Source of the DNA: Verrucomicrobiaceae bacterium
Lineage (GTDB): Bacteria > Verrucomicrobiota > Verrucomicrobiia > Verrucomicrobiales > Akkermansiaceae
Assembly (NCBI GenBank): GCA_051252135.1
Contig: JBPOGH010000004.1
Coordinates: 64,001-128,000, forward strand
DNA: 64,000 bases
Direction: 5' to 3'
In this document: piece after piece, positions 28,095 to 37,256 of the stretch
How positions within the stretch are numbered: the stretch's first letter is position 1
Layout: each line of letters begins with the position of its first letter
The notes under the pieces: model-generated
Told to the model about the DNA's origin: nothing
Seen by the model: only the letters and a program-made list of their open reading frames with translations
The model's database searches: none
Translations under genes and position numbers: made by a program

Positions 28095-28477
28095 GTGATC
28101 AGGAATTGATCAAGGAGGCGCTGGCGGCAAGGGAGCGGGCGTATGCGCCGTACTCCGAGTTCCTAGTGGGTGCGGCGTTACTGGGGAAGTCGGGGAAGGT
28201 CTATGCCGGGTGCAATGTGGAGAATGCTTCCTACGGGTTGACGATTTGCGCGGAGCGGGTGGCGATGGGAACGGCGGTGAGTGCGGGGGAGAGGGAGTTT
28301 GAGGCGATTGCGATCGCGGTCAAAGGAGGCGGGAGTCCCTGTGGGGCGTGCCGTCAGGTGTTGCGCGAGTTTGCGCCGGAGCTGCGGGTGCTGATGTCCG
28401 ATGAGAACGGGACTCTGGTGCGGGAGATGTCGCTGGCGGAGCTCTTGCCGGAGAGCTTTGGACCGGAGTCGCTCTAG
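28091..28477 (+). CDS. cdd: Cytidine deaminase
   Basis: [42 protein letters not shown]. Confidence 0.95.
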   Translation: MSDQELIKEALAARERAYAPYSEFLVGAALLGKSGKVYAGCNVENASYGLTICAERVAMGTAVSAGEREFEAIAIAVKGGGSPCGACRQVLREFAPELRVLMSDENGTLVREMSLAELLPESFGPESL

Positions 28478-29442
28478 AGAGCGGGGGTTCGTTTCACGCG
28501 GTAGTAGCGGAAGGGGCCTTTCGGGGTGGAAGTGTCGGTGAAGGTCACTGTGGTGGGACTGGTGACGTTGGTGAAGGAGGAATTTGGCAGAGAGGTGTCG
28601 ATCCAGGTTTCGAGATCGGTGGAATATTGGACCTGGTCATCGAAGCCCACTCCGGTCGACCAGGTGAGGGAGATGGTATTTGAGGGGGAGAAGGAATGGG
28701 TGACCGCGAAGGGGGGATTGGGCTCGACGGTGGCGGAGCGGATGCTGAGATCAGCGAGGAGGAGGAAGTTGTCACCGTAACCAAATCTGGAGGTGGCGTT
28801 GAGTTGCCACTCGAAGGCTACGAGCCCGAGATTGACAGGGTTCGAAGTGGCGGTGAATTGGGCGTTTTCGAAAAGCGGGTTTCCTCCGATGTCGGCTGAC
28901 CAGGTGTTGTTTTCGAGGTCAAGGGTGATGAAGAGGTTGAAGAGGTCGCCGGGAATGAAGTCGAGTTGGGTGTCGAAATTGCTGCTTCCGTCATCCCTCC
29001 AGATTCCGAATTTTGAGAGATCTGCGGCGGGGTCTTCGTTGTCAAAGCGGATGGAGGCAAGGCGTTCTGCTGCGGAATTGTAAATGCTAAGGTAGAAGTC
29101 ATCCCGGCGGAAATTTGTGTCTTCTGTAGAGTCCTCGATGCCGAGGAGGGCATCGATTTCGACAAGAGGAACACCGGTGGCGACGTGATCGTAGCCGAGA
29201 TCAAGGTAGACAAAGGTGAAGGTGGAGGCGGGTCGGTTGAACCCGAGGGAGGCGGTTTGGAGGAGCGCAGGGATGAGATCGGAGTCGATCGATTGGGCTC
29301 CCGAGGTGGAGTCGTTGGAGATCCAGCCGTCGAAGCCTGCCCATTGATTTATTCCGGAAGGGAAGTCATCAAAGTCGGTTTCGTACAAAAGATCGGCTTG
29401 CAGGAAAGGGGAAATGAATAAGAGGACAAAAAGCGCTTTCAC
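28474..29442 (-). CDS. Secreted hypothetical protein with Verrucomicrobia-type C-terminal domain
   Basis: Signal peptide; beta-rich body; C-terminal LTW..VQYSTDLETW..FRYYRV. Confidence 0.7.
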   Translation of the reverse strand: MKALFVLLFISPFLQADLLYETDFDDFPSGINQWAGFDGWISNDSTSGAQSIDSDLIPALLQTASLGFNRPASTFTFVYLDLGYDHVATGVPLVEIDALLGIEDSTEDTNFRRDDFYLSIYNSAAERLASIRFDNEDPAADLSKFGIWRDDGSSNFDTQLDFIPGDLFNLFITLDLENNTWSADIGGNPLFENAQFTATSNPVNLGLVAFEWQLNATSRFGYGDNFLLLADLSIRSATVEPNPPFAVTHSFSPSNTISLTWSTGVGFDDQVQYSTDLETWIDTSLPNSSFTNVTSPTTVTFTDTSTPKGPFRYYRVKRTPAL

Positions 29443-29516
29443 AGAAGGAGCGTTTTTTATCGGGAATTAGGGTCTGTCACAAGGGAGCATTTTGGAAAGC
29501 CGTTTAACTGTGGGGT

Positions 29517-29551
29517 AAAAAAATAGAGGTAGCTCTTACGAGCTACCTCTA
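29517..29551 (-). terminator. Intrinsic terminator of EF-hand gene
   Basis: Perfect 12-bp stem TAGAGGTAGCTC-TTAC-GAGCTACCTCTA with A7 on + side. Confidence 0.85.
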
Positions 29552-29576
29552 ATTCTGATGGGGGAATCAGACTGAA

Positions 29577-30155
29577 TTATTCGCCAGCGGCTGGGTCTTC
29601 ACTACCTGGGCGAGGATGTGGGCCGTCACCTGGGCGGGGACGATCTTCACCATCTCCAGGACGTGGAACGAAAGGACGTGGGCGGTGGTGACGGAGACGT
29701 GCGTTGAACTCATCGAGATCGACAGAGCCGTCTTCGTTTGCATCGAGACGTGCGAACATGGCAGCGACGCGCTCTTCAGGGGCACCTTCAAGGTGAGGAA
29801 TAGCGGCAAACTCTTCAAGGGTGAGGAGGCCGTCTTCACCAGCGATCTCGGCAAATTTCTCAGCGCGCTTGGCTTCGATTTCAGCACGGATGGCTTCGCG
29901 GGCAGCTTCACGCTCTTCCTGGGAGATTTCTCCGTCGCCATCGGTATCGATTTCAGCGCGGCGGGCTTCACGGGCAGCCTTGCGGGCTTCCTTGATGGCC
30001 TGGCGCTCTTCTTCGTCGATGGTGCCGTCTTCATTGACGTCATACTCCTGAAGGAATTCAGGGAGGGTGCCGTCGCCGAAGGATTTTTCGTCAGCTTGTG
30101 CGAAGGAAGCTCCACCAAGGAAGGTTCCAACGATCAGTAGGGATTTTAATTTCAT
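29577..30155 (-). CDS. Secreted EF-hand protein
   Basis: Signal peptide MKLKSLLIVGTFLGGASFAQA; loops DVNEDGTIDEEE, DTDGDGEISQEE, DANEDGSVDLDE plus one degenerate; PRPGDG tail repeats. Confidence 0.85.
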   Translation of the reverse strand: MKLKSLLIVGTFLGGASFAQADEKSFGDGTLPEFLQEYDVNEDGTIDEEERQAIKEARKAAREARRAEIDTDGDGEISQEEREAAREAIRAEIEAKRAEKFAEIAGEDGLLTLEEFAAIPHLEGAPEERVAAMFARLDANEDGSVDLDEFNARLRHHRPRPFVPRPGDGEDRPRPGDGPHPRPGSEDPAAGE

Positions 30156-30220
30156 TTGTTCAGTTTGGTGAGGGTTTCGAAAGTGGTTTGGTGTTTTCAC
30201 TTTCTGTTGTCATGGGAAGT

Positions 30221-30247
30221 GACGCGGGGCGGTTACTTTTGGTTACA
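30221..30247 (-). promoter_or_regulatory. Candidate ECF-sigma promoter TGTAAC-N17-CGTC
   Basis: Minus strand TGTAAC caaaagtaaccgccccg CGTC, about 65 nt upstream of the EF-hand ATG; AAC/CGT pattern typical of ECF promoters. Confidence 0.55.
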
Positions 30248-30399
30248 AAAATGAGATCTTTTTTTAAGAGGGTTGTGGATCAGGGAGTTGCGGGGTTATT
30301 TCTCCGCGTGGTTCCCAAGCGTTTTGGGGTGTCCCGATTGAGGGGGGCTTGAATTGGCGGGCAGGAGGCTCGCGCAAGAACTCCGGAACGTCGGGACGC

Positions 30400-31137
30400 C
30401 TACTGTCCGAGGAGTTCAAAGAGATTTCCTCCGGAGTGGGAGGAGGCTTCTCCGTCACCAGCAGCGGCGGAATCCGAGAAGCTGATGCCACCGGTTCCAG
30501 CGGTGTCATCGGTTACGGCGATCATTTCGCCATTGTCGATGGCTTCATCGAGGTCGTCCTCAAGTTGGCCGACGACGTCCTTCCACCAAGCGTCGTCATC
30601 GACTGCGGCTTCGGCGAGTGCGCTCTGTTGATCGGAGTCGAGGAGGGAGTAGATGCTTTCATCCAGAGTGCTTCCGGGAGCGACGTAGGGGAGGGAGTTG
30701 CCATTTACGAGCATGGCGGGATGAGCTTGATTGGAGTGGGCGACGATGAGGGGAAAGATTTGGCGTCGCTGGTCATCCGAAAGGTTGTATTTTTCGGTGA
30801 GTGACTCGAGTTTTTGGCGGGCGTGGCTCCGGGTTCCGAAGATGATGGCGTTGGCTTGGGCGAGGTGCTGATCACTCAGGCGGGAGATTGAGTCATCGGT
30901 GAGGCCGAGATCGTAGCGGGCGGCATCATCCGACCGTGTGGCACGGGCTCTGAGGGATCGTTCCCTTGATCGCTCGACTCTCATGGAGGGGCGGTGATCG
31001 TTTGTCAGGTGGCTGCGAGCACCCTCGTTGGCTTGTGCCCGGGTCTTGTCCTCACTGTTGATGAAGGAGATGGTGAACGCCAAGGTCCCTGCTACGACGA
31101 GCATCGTAACACCTAGAATAAACTGGGATCGGGACAT
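30400..31137 (-). CDS. Membrane-anchored hypothetical protein with acidic C-terminus
   Basis: N-terminal TM; helical LTEKYNLSDDQRRQI and LLDSDQQ motifs; D/E-rich tail. Confidence 0.7.
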   Translation of the reverse strand: MSRSQFILGVTMLVVAGTLAFTISFINSEDKTRAQANEGARSHLTNDHRPSMRVERSRERSLRARATRSDDAARYDLGLTDDSISRLSDQHLAQANAIIFGTRSHARQKLESLTEKYNLSDDQRRQIFPLIVAHSNQAHPAMLVNGNSLPYVAPGSTLDESIYSLLDSDQQSALAEAAVDDDAWWKDVVGQLEDDLDEAIDNGEMIAVTDDTAGTGGISFSDSAAAGDGEASSHSGGNLFELLGQ

Positions 31138-31167
31138 GGGGTTGGGAGGTTAATTTGCCGTAAAGTG

Positions 31168-31593
31168 TTATTCGGCAGATGATTTAAACCGCGAATTGAT
31201 GGCCCGTTGCAAACTTTTTCGATCTTTTTTGATTTTGGCCTGCTGCTGCTCATCAAGGTGGGGGAGGAGGCGATCATGGAGGTCGAGGAGATGGAGGTAG
31301 TAGTCCTCGACGGCCTGATCGCGACTGATTTGAATCTCCCGGGAGGTGGTTTTGACCTCGGATTCGACTTTTTCCCGTTGGGAATCTGTGAGAGCGAGGA
31401 AGTTGTTGAGGCGGTCGACGGTGCGCCCTTCCCAGGTTGCGGCGTCTTCATCGGAATTTCCGGCGAGGGCGAGGGGTGGGGAGAGATCCCGGCCTTTTTT
31501 TTCTCCCAAGAGGTATCCGACTCCGTATCCGCAGAGGAAGATGGCGAGGAGGGCCATGAGGATGGTGAGGTAGTCGCGAAGGCTGGGTTTCAT
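31168..31593 (-). CDS. Membrane-anchored periplasmic helical sensor (CpxP/ZraP/CnrX-like)
   Basis: N-terminal TM; LALTDSQREKV and HLDEQQQAK (LTxxQ-type) motifs; YLHLLDLHD; overlaps upstream stop (ATGA). Confidence 0.65.
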   Translation of the reverse strand: MKPSLRDYLTILMALLAIFLCGYGVGYLLGEKKGRDLSPPLALAGNSDEDAATWEGRTVDRLNNFLALTDSQREKVESEVKTTSREIQISRDQAVEDYYLHLLDLHDRLLPHLDEQQQAKIKKDRKSLQRAINSRFKSSAE

Positions 31594-31868
31594 GGTGCGG
31601 AGGGATTGGTGGGCGGTTCGGGCTGGATGATGGGGCCTTGGGACGGGGCATCATCACGGAGGAAAAGGAAGATGGCGAGGAAGATGAGGCCGGCAAGGAT
31701 GGCGGCAAGGAGGGACCATTTGCGCCAGGTGAGGGCAAGCATGAGGGCGTGGACGCGTTGGCGTAGCGACTTGATGCTGGGTTGGGGCGGGGGTGGGGGC
31801 TCGCTTTGGTCGCCAACGGTTTTGGTGGCGTCGACGAGGCGTTTCCATGGGTCATCCGGTTGGTTCAT
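31590..31868 (-). CDS. Putative anti-sigma factor (small single-TM protein)
   Basis: 92 aa, one TM, coupled to the ECF sigma gene by a 4-bp overlap. Confidence 0.6.
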   Translation of the reverse strand: MNQPDDPWKRLVDATKTVGDQSEPPPPPQPSIKSLRQRVHALMLALTWRKWSLLAAILAGLIFLAIFLFLRDDAPSQGPIIQPEPPTNPSAP

Positions 31869-32455
31869 GACGGGCGATCTTGGGGTTGGAGTTTTTTAAG
31901 TTGTTCCGTGAGTTTGCGGCGGGCGCGCATGGCGGTGACTTTGACTTTGGAGTCTCCCCAACCGGTGAGATCACAGACATCTTGCACGCTGTTTTCCTCG
32001 AGGTCGAGGAGGCGGATGACGATCTGTTCGCGGGGCTTGAGGGTGGCGATGAGCCGATCGAGAAGTTCGCGCATGGTGGCGAGATTTTCCTCCCGATCAT
32101 TGCTTTGACCGGCGAGGTTCTTTTCGATGATTTCAGCCTGGCTTTCGCCGAGGTCCGAGTAGCTGACGAGTGGGCGGGCCTTGTGGCGGCGGAGCCAATC
32201 GTAGCAGGTGTTGATGGTGATGCGGGAGACCCAGTGGGTGAAGGGTTGTTTACCGACGAATTGGTCGAGCTTGAGGAAGATTTTGGTGAAGGATTCCTGG
32301 GCGAGGTCTTCGTGGTCGGCCTGGCTGCGGACCTGGTTGCGGATGATTTTGTAGATTTGGGGATTGAGAATTTCCACGAGCTCGCGCCAAGCTTCTTCCT
32401 CTCCAATGCGGACGCGGTGGAGAAGATCGGGGGTGACAGAGGGTGGATCGGACAT
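31865..32455 (-). CDS. ECF (sigma-70 group 4) RNA polymerase sigma factor
   Basis: EDLAQESF; FTHWVSRITINTCYDWLRR; region 4 LKPREQIVIRL..KVKVTAMRARRKL. Confidence 0.92.
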   Translation of the reverse strand: MSDPPSVTPDLLHRVRIGEEEAWRELVEILNPQIYKIIRNQVRSQADHEDLAQESFTKIFLKLDQFVGKQPFTHWVSRITINTCYDWLRRHKARPLVSYSDLGESQAEIIEKNLAGQSNDREENLATMRELLDRLIATLKPREQIVIRLLDLEENSVQDVCDLTGWGDSKVKVTAMRARRKLTEQLKKLQPQDRPS

Positions 32456-32577
32456 GGATTCCGTGGACAGGGTGATGGTTCATGTTTGGGAAGAAGAGGG
32501 AAGGGTGAATTGATTTCGGGTTGCAAAATGCTGCAATTCTGTTAGTTACATCGTCGGTTAACCCCCAAAAAAATAAT

Positions 32578-32985
32578 ATGTTAGAAGAATTCAAGAAATT
32601 CGCCTTCAAAGGCAATCTGGTTGATATGGCCGTTGGTATCATCATCGGTGGTGCGTTTGGCACGGTGGTGAAATCCCTGGTCGACAATGTGTTCATGCCG
32701 GTTCTCGGTAAGATTACGGGAGGGATCAACTTCTCGGATATGTACATCAACCTGGCCGGCGATAATGATCTTCCCTTCGCGGAAGCGAAAGAGGCCGGGC
32801 TTCCGGTGATCGGATACGGGCAGTTTGTGCAGGATTTTCTTTCGTTCATCATTCTGGCCTTTGCCGTCTTCATTGTGGTGAAGAAGGTGGTGGCGGGAAT
32901 GAAGAAAGAAGAGGCGGCAGCGCCACCTGCGCCACCCAAGCAGGAAGTCCTGTTGGAAGAGATTCGCGATCTTTTGAAGAAGTAA
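32578..32985 (+). CDS. mscL: Large-conductance mechanosensitive channel
   Basis: EEFKKFAFKGNLVDMAVGIIIGGAFG; YGQF; EVLLEEIRDLLK. Confidence 0.97.
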   Translation: MLEEFKKFAFKGNLVDMAVGIIIGGAFGTVVKSLVDNVFMPVLGKITGGINFSDMYINLAGDNDLPFAEAKEAGLPVIGYGQFVQDFLSFIILAFAVFIVVKKVVAGMKKEEAAAPPAPPKQEVLLEEIRDLLKK

Positions 32986-33005
32986 GCGTAAGCGATTCAA
33001 ATTTG

Positions 33006-33039
33006 AAGAGGACGCCCTCCGGGGCGGCCTCTTTTTTTT
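33006..33039 (+). terminator. Intrinsic terminator of mscL
   Basis: AAGAGGACGCCC-TCCG-GGGCGGCCTCTT followed by T-tract. Confidence 0.8.
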
Positions 33040-33075
33040 GCTCGTCATCCGGATGTGGCTTCGGGAGGTTTGGGG

Positions 33076-33486
33076 ATGGAGAAGCCGAGGCTGACGACGG
33101 AGGAAGAGGTGATGTTTTTCGATACGGATTGTGGCGGGGTGGTTCACAATATTGCGTATTTGCGGATGATTGAGACGTGCCGGACGAGGTTGGCGGCGTT
33201 GATGGGGATGGATTTGGCGGAGATGGCGAAGACGCAGCTTTTTCCGGTGGTGGTGCGGACGGAGATTGATTACCGGAGTCCGGCGAAACTGGGGGATCAT
33301 TTGGAGATACACGGGGAGCTTGCGGAGATTGAGCGGGCCCGGTTTTGGTGTGAATTCAGGATGGTGAGGAAGGGGGAGGATCGTCCGTTGGTGACGTGTC
33401 GTCAGGCTCTGGCGATGGTGCAGATGCCGGCCGGCCGTCCGCAGCGACTGCCGCAGGAATGGAAAGAGCGGTGGGGCACTGATTAA
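33076..33486 (+). CDS. Acyl-CoA thioesterase (YbgC/4HBT family)
   Basis: DTDCGGVVHNIAYLR.IE..R; IDYRSPAKLGD. Confidence 0.88.
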   Translation: MEKPRLTTEEEVMFFDTDCGGVVHNIAYLRMIETCRTRLAALMGMDLAEMAKTQLFPVVVRTEIDYRSPAKLGDHLEIHGELAEIERARFWCEFRMVRKGEDRPLVTCRQALAMVQMPAGRPQRLPQEWKERWGTD

Positions 33487-33528
33487 GGCTTTTCGTAGCC
33501 TCCGGATGGGCTTAGGACGGTAGTCGTC

Positions 33529-35061
33529 ATGGCGCATCAACCGACAGTTTTAATTATTCGCGACGGCTGGGGAGTGAATCCCGGCGGAAAAGCAACGGCA
33601 GAAAAGGACGGCAATGCCGTGGAGCTGGCGAATACTCCGTTTCATTATGAGATGGAGGAGAAGTATCCGAAGGGGCTGGTGTCAGCTTCGGGGCTTGATG
33701 TGGGTTTGCCCGAGGGGCAGATGGGGAACTCGGAGGTGGGGCACTTGAATTTGGGTGCGGGGCGGATTGTTTATCAGGATTTGACGCGGATCAACAAGGC
33801 GATCGAAGAGGGGACGCTGAGTGAGATGGAGAATCTGAAGAAGGCTTTTGCGAAGGCGAAGGGGAAGCGGCTGCATTTCATCGGGCTGCTATCCGATGGT
33901 GGGGTGCACAGTCATCAGGATCATTTGGTGGCTTTGGCGAAGGCGGCGCGAGAGAGCGGGGTGGAGGATATGATGGTGCATGCGATCACGGATGGTCGGG
34001 ATACGTCGCCGACGGGTGGGCGTGGTTATTTGAGCCAGGTGGAGGATGAGCTGGCGAAGTCGAACGCGCGGATTGCGACGGTGATTGGCCGTTATTATGC
34101 GATGGACCGGGATAAGCGTTGGGAGCGGACGAAGCTGGCGTGGGATGCGATTGTTTTTGGAAAGGGAGAGAAGCACGATTTGCTGGCGAGTGATGCGGTG
34201 GCGGCGCAATACGCGCAGGAAAAAACGGATGAGTTTCTTCCGCCGCTGATTTTCTTCAGCCACGAGCAACGCCGGGTGCGTGATGAGGATGTCATCATTT
34301 TCTTCAACTTCCGTGCGGATCGGGCGCGTCAACTTTGTGAGGCTTTTTTGAATGATGACTTCGATGGATTTGATCGCGGGGATCGTCCGAAGGTGGAGTT
34401 TCTGACTCTCACGGAGTACGATGAGACTTACACCTGCCCGGTGGTTTTCCCGCCGGAGACTTTGGACATGGTGTTGGGAGAGGTGGTTTCGAAGGCGGGG
34501 AAGAAGCAGCTGCGAATTGCGGAGACCGAGAAGTATCCTCACGTTTCGTACTTCTTCAACGGGGGACTGGAGAAGAGCTATGAGGGGGAGGACCGGAAGG
34601 TGATTCCGTCACCGAAGGATGTGGCGACGTATGATCTGAAGCCGGAGATGAGTTCCGAGGAGGTGGAGGAGTATGTGGTGAGTCATTTGAAGGATTACGA
34701 TTTGGTGATCATCAACTTTGCGAATCCCGATATGGTGGGGCACACGGGGGTGGTGGAGGCTGCGGTGAAGGCGGTGGAGCGAATCGATGAAGCGGTGAAG
34801 GCGGTGACCGAGGAGACTCTTCGTTTGGGCGGGAAACTTCTGATCACGGCGGATCACGGGAACTGTGAGTTTATGCGCAATGCCGACGGGTCCCCGCATA
34901 CGGCACACACGACCAATTTGGTGCACTGCTGGTATGTTTCCGATGAAGGGAAGAGCCGGAAGGTGAAGGACGGAATCCTTGCGGATATTGCGCCGACTCT
35001 TTTGGATATGATGGGGATTCCTGCGCCGAAAGAGATGACGGGCAAGAGTCTTTTGAGCTAG
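33529..35061 (+). CDS. gpmI: 2,3-bisphosphoglycerate-independent phosphoglycerate mutase
   Basis: GQMGNSEVGH; SDGGVHSH; DGRDT; GRYYAMDRD; AETEKYPHV; NPDMVGH; TADHGN. Confidence 0.97.
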   Translation: MAHQPTVLIIRDGWGVNPGGKATAEKDGNAVELANTPFHYEMEEKYPKGLVSASGLDVGLPEGQMGNSEVGHLNLGAGRIVYQDLTRINKAIEEGTLSEMENLKKAFAKAKGKRLHFIGLLSDGGVHSHQDHLVALAKAARESGVEDMMVHAITDGRDTSPTGGRGYLSQVEDELAKSNARIATVIGRYYAMDRDKRWERTKLAWDAIVFGKGEKHDLLASDAVAAQYAQEKTDEFLPPLIFFSHEQRRVRDEDVIIFFNFRADRARQLCEAFLNDDFDGFDRGDRPKVEFLTLTEYDETYTCPVVFPPETLDMVLGEVVSKAGKKQLRIAETEKYPHVSYFFNGGLEKSYEGEDRKVIPSPKDVATYDLKPEMSSEEVEEYVVSHLKDYDLVIINFANPDMVGHTGVVEAAVKAVERIDEAVKAVTEETLRLGGKLLITADHGNCEFMRNADGSPHTAHTTNLVHCWYVSDEGKSRKVKDGILADIAPTLLDMMGIPAPKEMTGKSLLS

Positions 35062-35190
35062 GGAAGCTTCGCTCTCGCGCCTTGCCAGACTTCAATATTA
35101 CTTGGAGCAGCGAACGACACCTTTCATCGGCGCATCCCCAGAGGGTGCGGGAGTGGAAGCCGCCGGACCTTTCGGAGATGGGTCCCAGCC

Positions 35191-36360
35191 TTAGAGTGCG
35201 ACGAGGTGGGCGCCCTTGGCGGGGCGGGTGGCGAAGATGACGGGGGTGATGCCGGTCTTGGCGAGGTATTGCTCGTGGAGGACTTTACCGACTTCTTCGG
35301 CGTGCTTGGTTTCGCAGAGGGTGACGGTGGAGCCACCGAATCCGCCGCCGGTCATGCGGGCGCCGAGGACGCCGGGGAGGGAGTCTGCGATTTGGACCAT
35401 GAGGTCGAGTTCTTCGCAGGAGACCTCAAAGTCGTCACGGAGTGAGTTGTGGGAGTCGGCCATGAGGGTGCCGATGTTTGAGAAGTCGCCGGATTTGAAG
35501 GCGGTGACGGCATCCATGGTGCGTTGGATTTCTCCGACGACGTGGCGGGAGCGACGGAAGATGACGTCGCCCATTTCAGTCTGATGTGCGAGGACGTCTT
35601 CAGCGGAGGCGTCGCGCCAGCTGGGTTTGCCGATGATGGCGATGCCGTCCTCGGTGTTCTTCCGGCGTGAAGCGTAGCCGCCATCCGAGAGGTCGTGTGA
35701 GACGCAGGTGTTGGCGACGATGATGGAGAGGTCGGGGTTGGAGAAGGGGACCATTTCCGGTTCGCCGGAGCGGCAGTCGATGAGGATGAGTTGGTCTTTT
35801 TCGCCGAAGGCGGAGGCGAATTGGTCCATGATGCCGCAGGGGACGCCGGCGAAGTCGTGCTCGGCCTTTTGGGCGAGGAGGGCTTTTTCCCGGATGCCGA
35901 GGGTGATGCCGAGAAGGCCTTCAAGGAGGGTGGCCATGGCGCACTCGAGGGCGGCGGAGGAGGAGAGGCCGCCGCCGAGAGGGACGGAGGAGACGATGCA
36001 CCCGTCGAAGCCGGGAATGTCATGGCCGAGGTCATTGAAGCCTTTGATAACGCCTTTTAGGTAGTTGGACCATTTGGGGTCGCCGGTGATCTGGGGCGCG
36101 CTGAGATTGATTTGAATTTCCGGTTGGTTTTCGGAGGTGAGGCGGGCGTGATCAAGGCCATTGGGGGCGGCGGCGATGACGATGTAGCGTTCGATGGCGA
36201 GGGGGAGGACGAAGCCATCGCAGTAATCAATGTGTTCACCGATGAGGTTGACCCGGCCGGGGGCAGCGGCGACGACGGTGGCTTGGGCGTGGTAGTGGTC
36301 GCTCAGGCATTTGGATGCGTCGGCTACGAGATCGGTAAGTGGTCGGTTGGTCTGAAGCAT
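35191..36360 (-). CDS. galK: Galactokinase
   Basis: APGRVNLIGEHIDY; P.GGGLSSSAA; CGIMDQ; GARMTGGGFGG. Confidence 0.96.
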   Translation of the reverse strand: MLQTNRPLTDLVADASKCLSDHYHAQATVVAAAPGRVNLIGEHIDYCDGFVLPLAIERYIVIAAAPNGLDHARLTSENQPEIQINLSAPQITGDPKWSNYLKGVIKGFNDLGHDIPGFDGCIVSSVPLGGGLSSSAALECAMATLLEGLLGITLGIREKALLAQKAEHDFAGVPCGIMDQFASAFGEKDQLILIDCRSGEPEMVPFSNPDLSIIVANTCVSHDLSDGGYASRRKNTEDGIAIIGKPSWRDASAEDVLAHQTEMGDVIFRRSRHVVGEIQRTMDAVTAFKSGDFSNIGTLMADSHNSLRDDFEVSCEELDLMVQIADSLPGVLGARMTGGGFGGSTVTLCETKHAEEVGKVLHEQYLAKTGITPVIFATRPAKGAHLVAL

Positions 36361-36437
36361 GGATTGATCGTTGCAGGGAAAATGTAGGGGAAGGGTGGAA
36401 TTTGGAAAAGAAAAAGCCTTTTCGGTATTATCAGGGC

Positions 36438-36472
36438 AAAAAAAGAGCTCCCGGCCGGTGAGGCGGGGAGCT
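36438..36472 (-). terminator. Intrinsic terminator of DUF1080 gene
   Basis: AGCTCCCGGCC-GGTGA-GGCGGGGAGCT with A7 on + side. Confidence 0.65.
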
Positions 36473-36495
36473 TGTTAGAAAGGGGGGGTGAAGGT

Positions 36496-37215
36496 TTACT
36501 TCAGTTCCTTGACGTAGATGTTGCGCCAGCGGACGTCACATTTTGGGCCGCCGTGGACCTGGAGGCCGAAGAAGCCTTCGGGGGTGAAGTTCTTGGGGTC
36601 GGTGTCTTTAAAGTCGATGCGTTGTTCGCCATTGAGCCAGGTCTGGAGGTGGTTACCGACGCATTTGATGGTGATTTGGTTCCAGTCGTCCATTTTGGTG
36701 ACTTTGAGGCCTTGCTTGGTGAATTGTGCCATGTGCTCTTCGTTGCTCTTTTTGGGGAAGAGCCAGCCGCGGCGGGCTTCATCGTAGAGTCCGGCGGTCC
36801 ATGCGCGCGGGGTGTTGTCGCCTTCACACTGGTAGCCGTTGACGCGACCTTTTTCATTTACGAGGCCACGGAACATGCAGCCGGAGTTTCCCTTGAGGTT
36901 ATCGAACTTGAACTGGAAAGTGTAGATGAAGTCTCCGTAGGTTTTCTCGGTGCAGAGGAAGGAGTTCCCTTTGAGATTGGTGGCGGAGCCGATGACTTCG
37001 CCCTTTTCGACGGTGAAGTTTGCTTTGCTGCCCTTGATGGACCAGCCGTCGAGGGTGTTTCCCTTGATGAGAGCGGTGAAGCCATCCTTGGTGAGGGCTT
37101 CGGGGGAGAAGTCGGCAATGGGATTGGGGACGGGCTTATGGTCGGGAACCTGGCCGAAGAGGGGAGAGGTGAGCGCGAGGGCTGCAAGGATGATCTGCTT
37201 CATGAGTTGCGACAT
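36496..37215 (-). CDS. DUF1080 (3-keto-disaccharide hydrolase-like) exported protein
   Basis: GFTAL..G.TLDGW; NSFL.TEK.YGDF; NSG; GYQ; GLYDE; WNQ; G.FGLQVH; WRNI. Confidence 0.88.
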   Translation of the reverse strand: MSQLMKQIILAALALTSPLFGQVPDHKPVPNPIADFSPEALTKDGFTALIKGNTLDGWSIKGSKANFTVEKGEVIGSATNLKGNSFLCTEKTYGDFIYTFQFKFDNLKGNSGCMFRGLVNEKGRVNGYQCEGDNTPRAWTAGLYDEARRGWLFPKKSNEEHMAQFTKQGLKVTKMDDWNQITIKCVGNHLQTWLNGEQRIDFKDTDPKNFTPEGFFGLQVHGGPKCDVRWRNIYVKELK

Positions 37216-37256
37216 CCTTTTTAGACTGGGGAATTTGTCAATCTATTCGATTGGGG

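Noticed and set aside
35062..35190. Possible ncRNA or gene remnant between convergent gpmI and galK
   Set aside because: Only short GC hairpins (CGCATCC/GGGTGCG, GGACC/GGTCC); no recognisable RNA family or protein similarity
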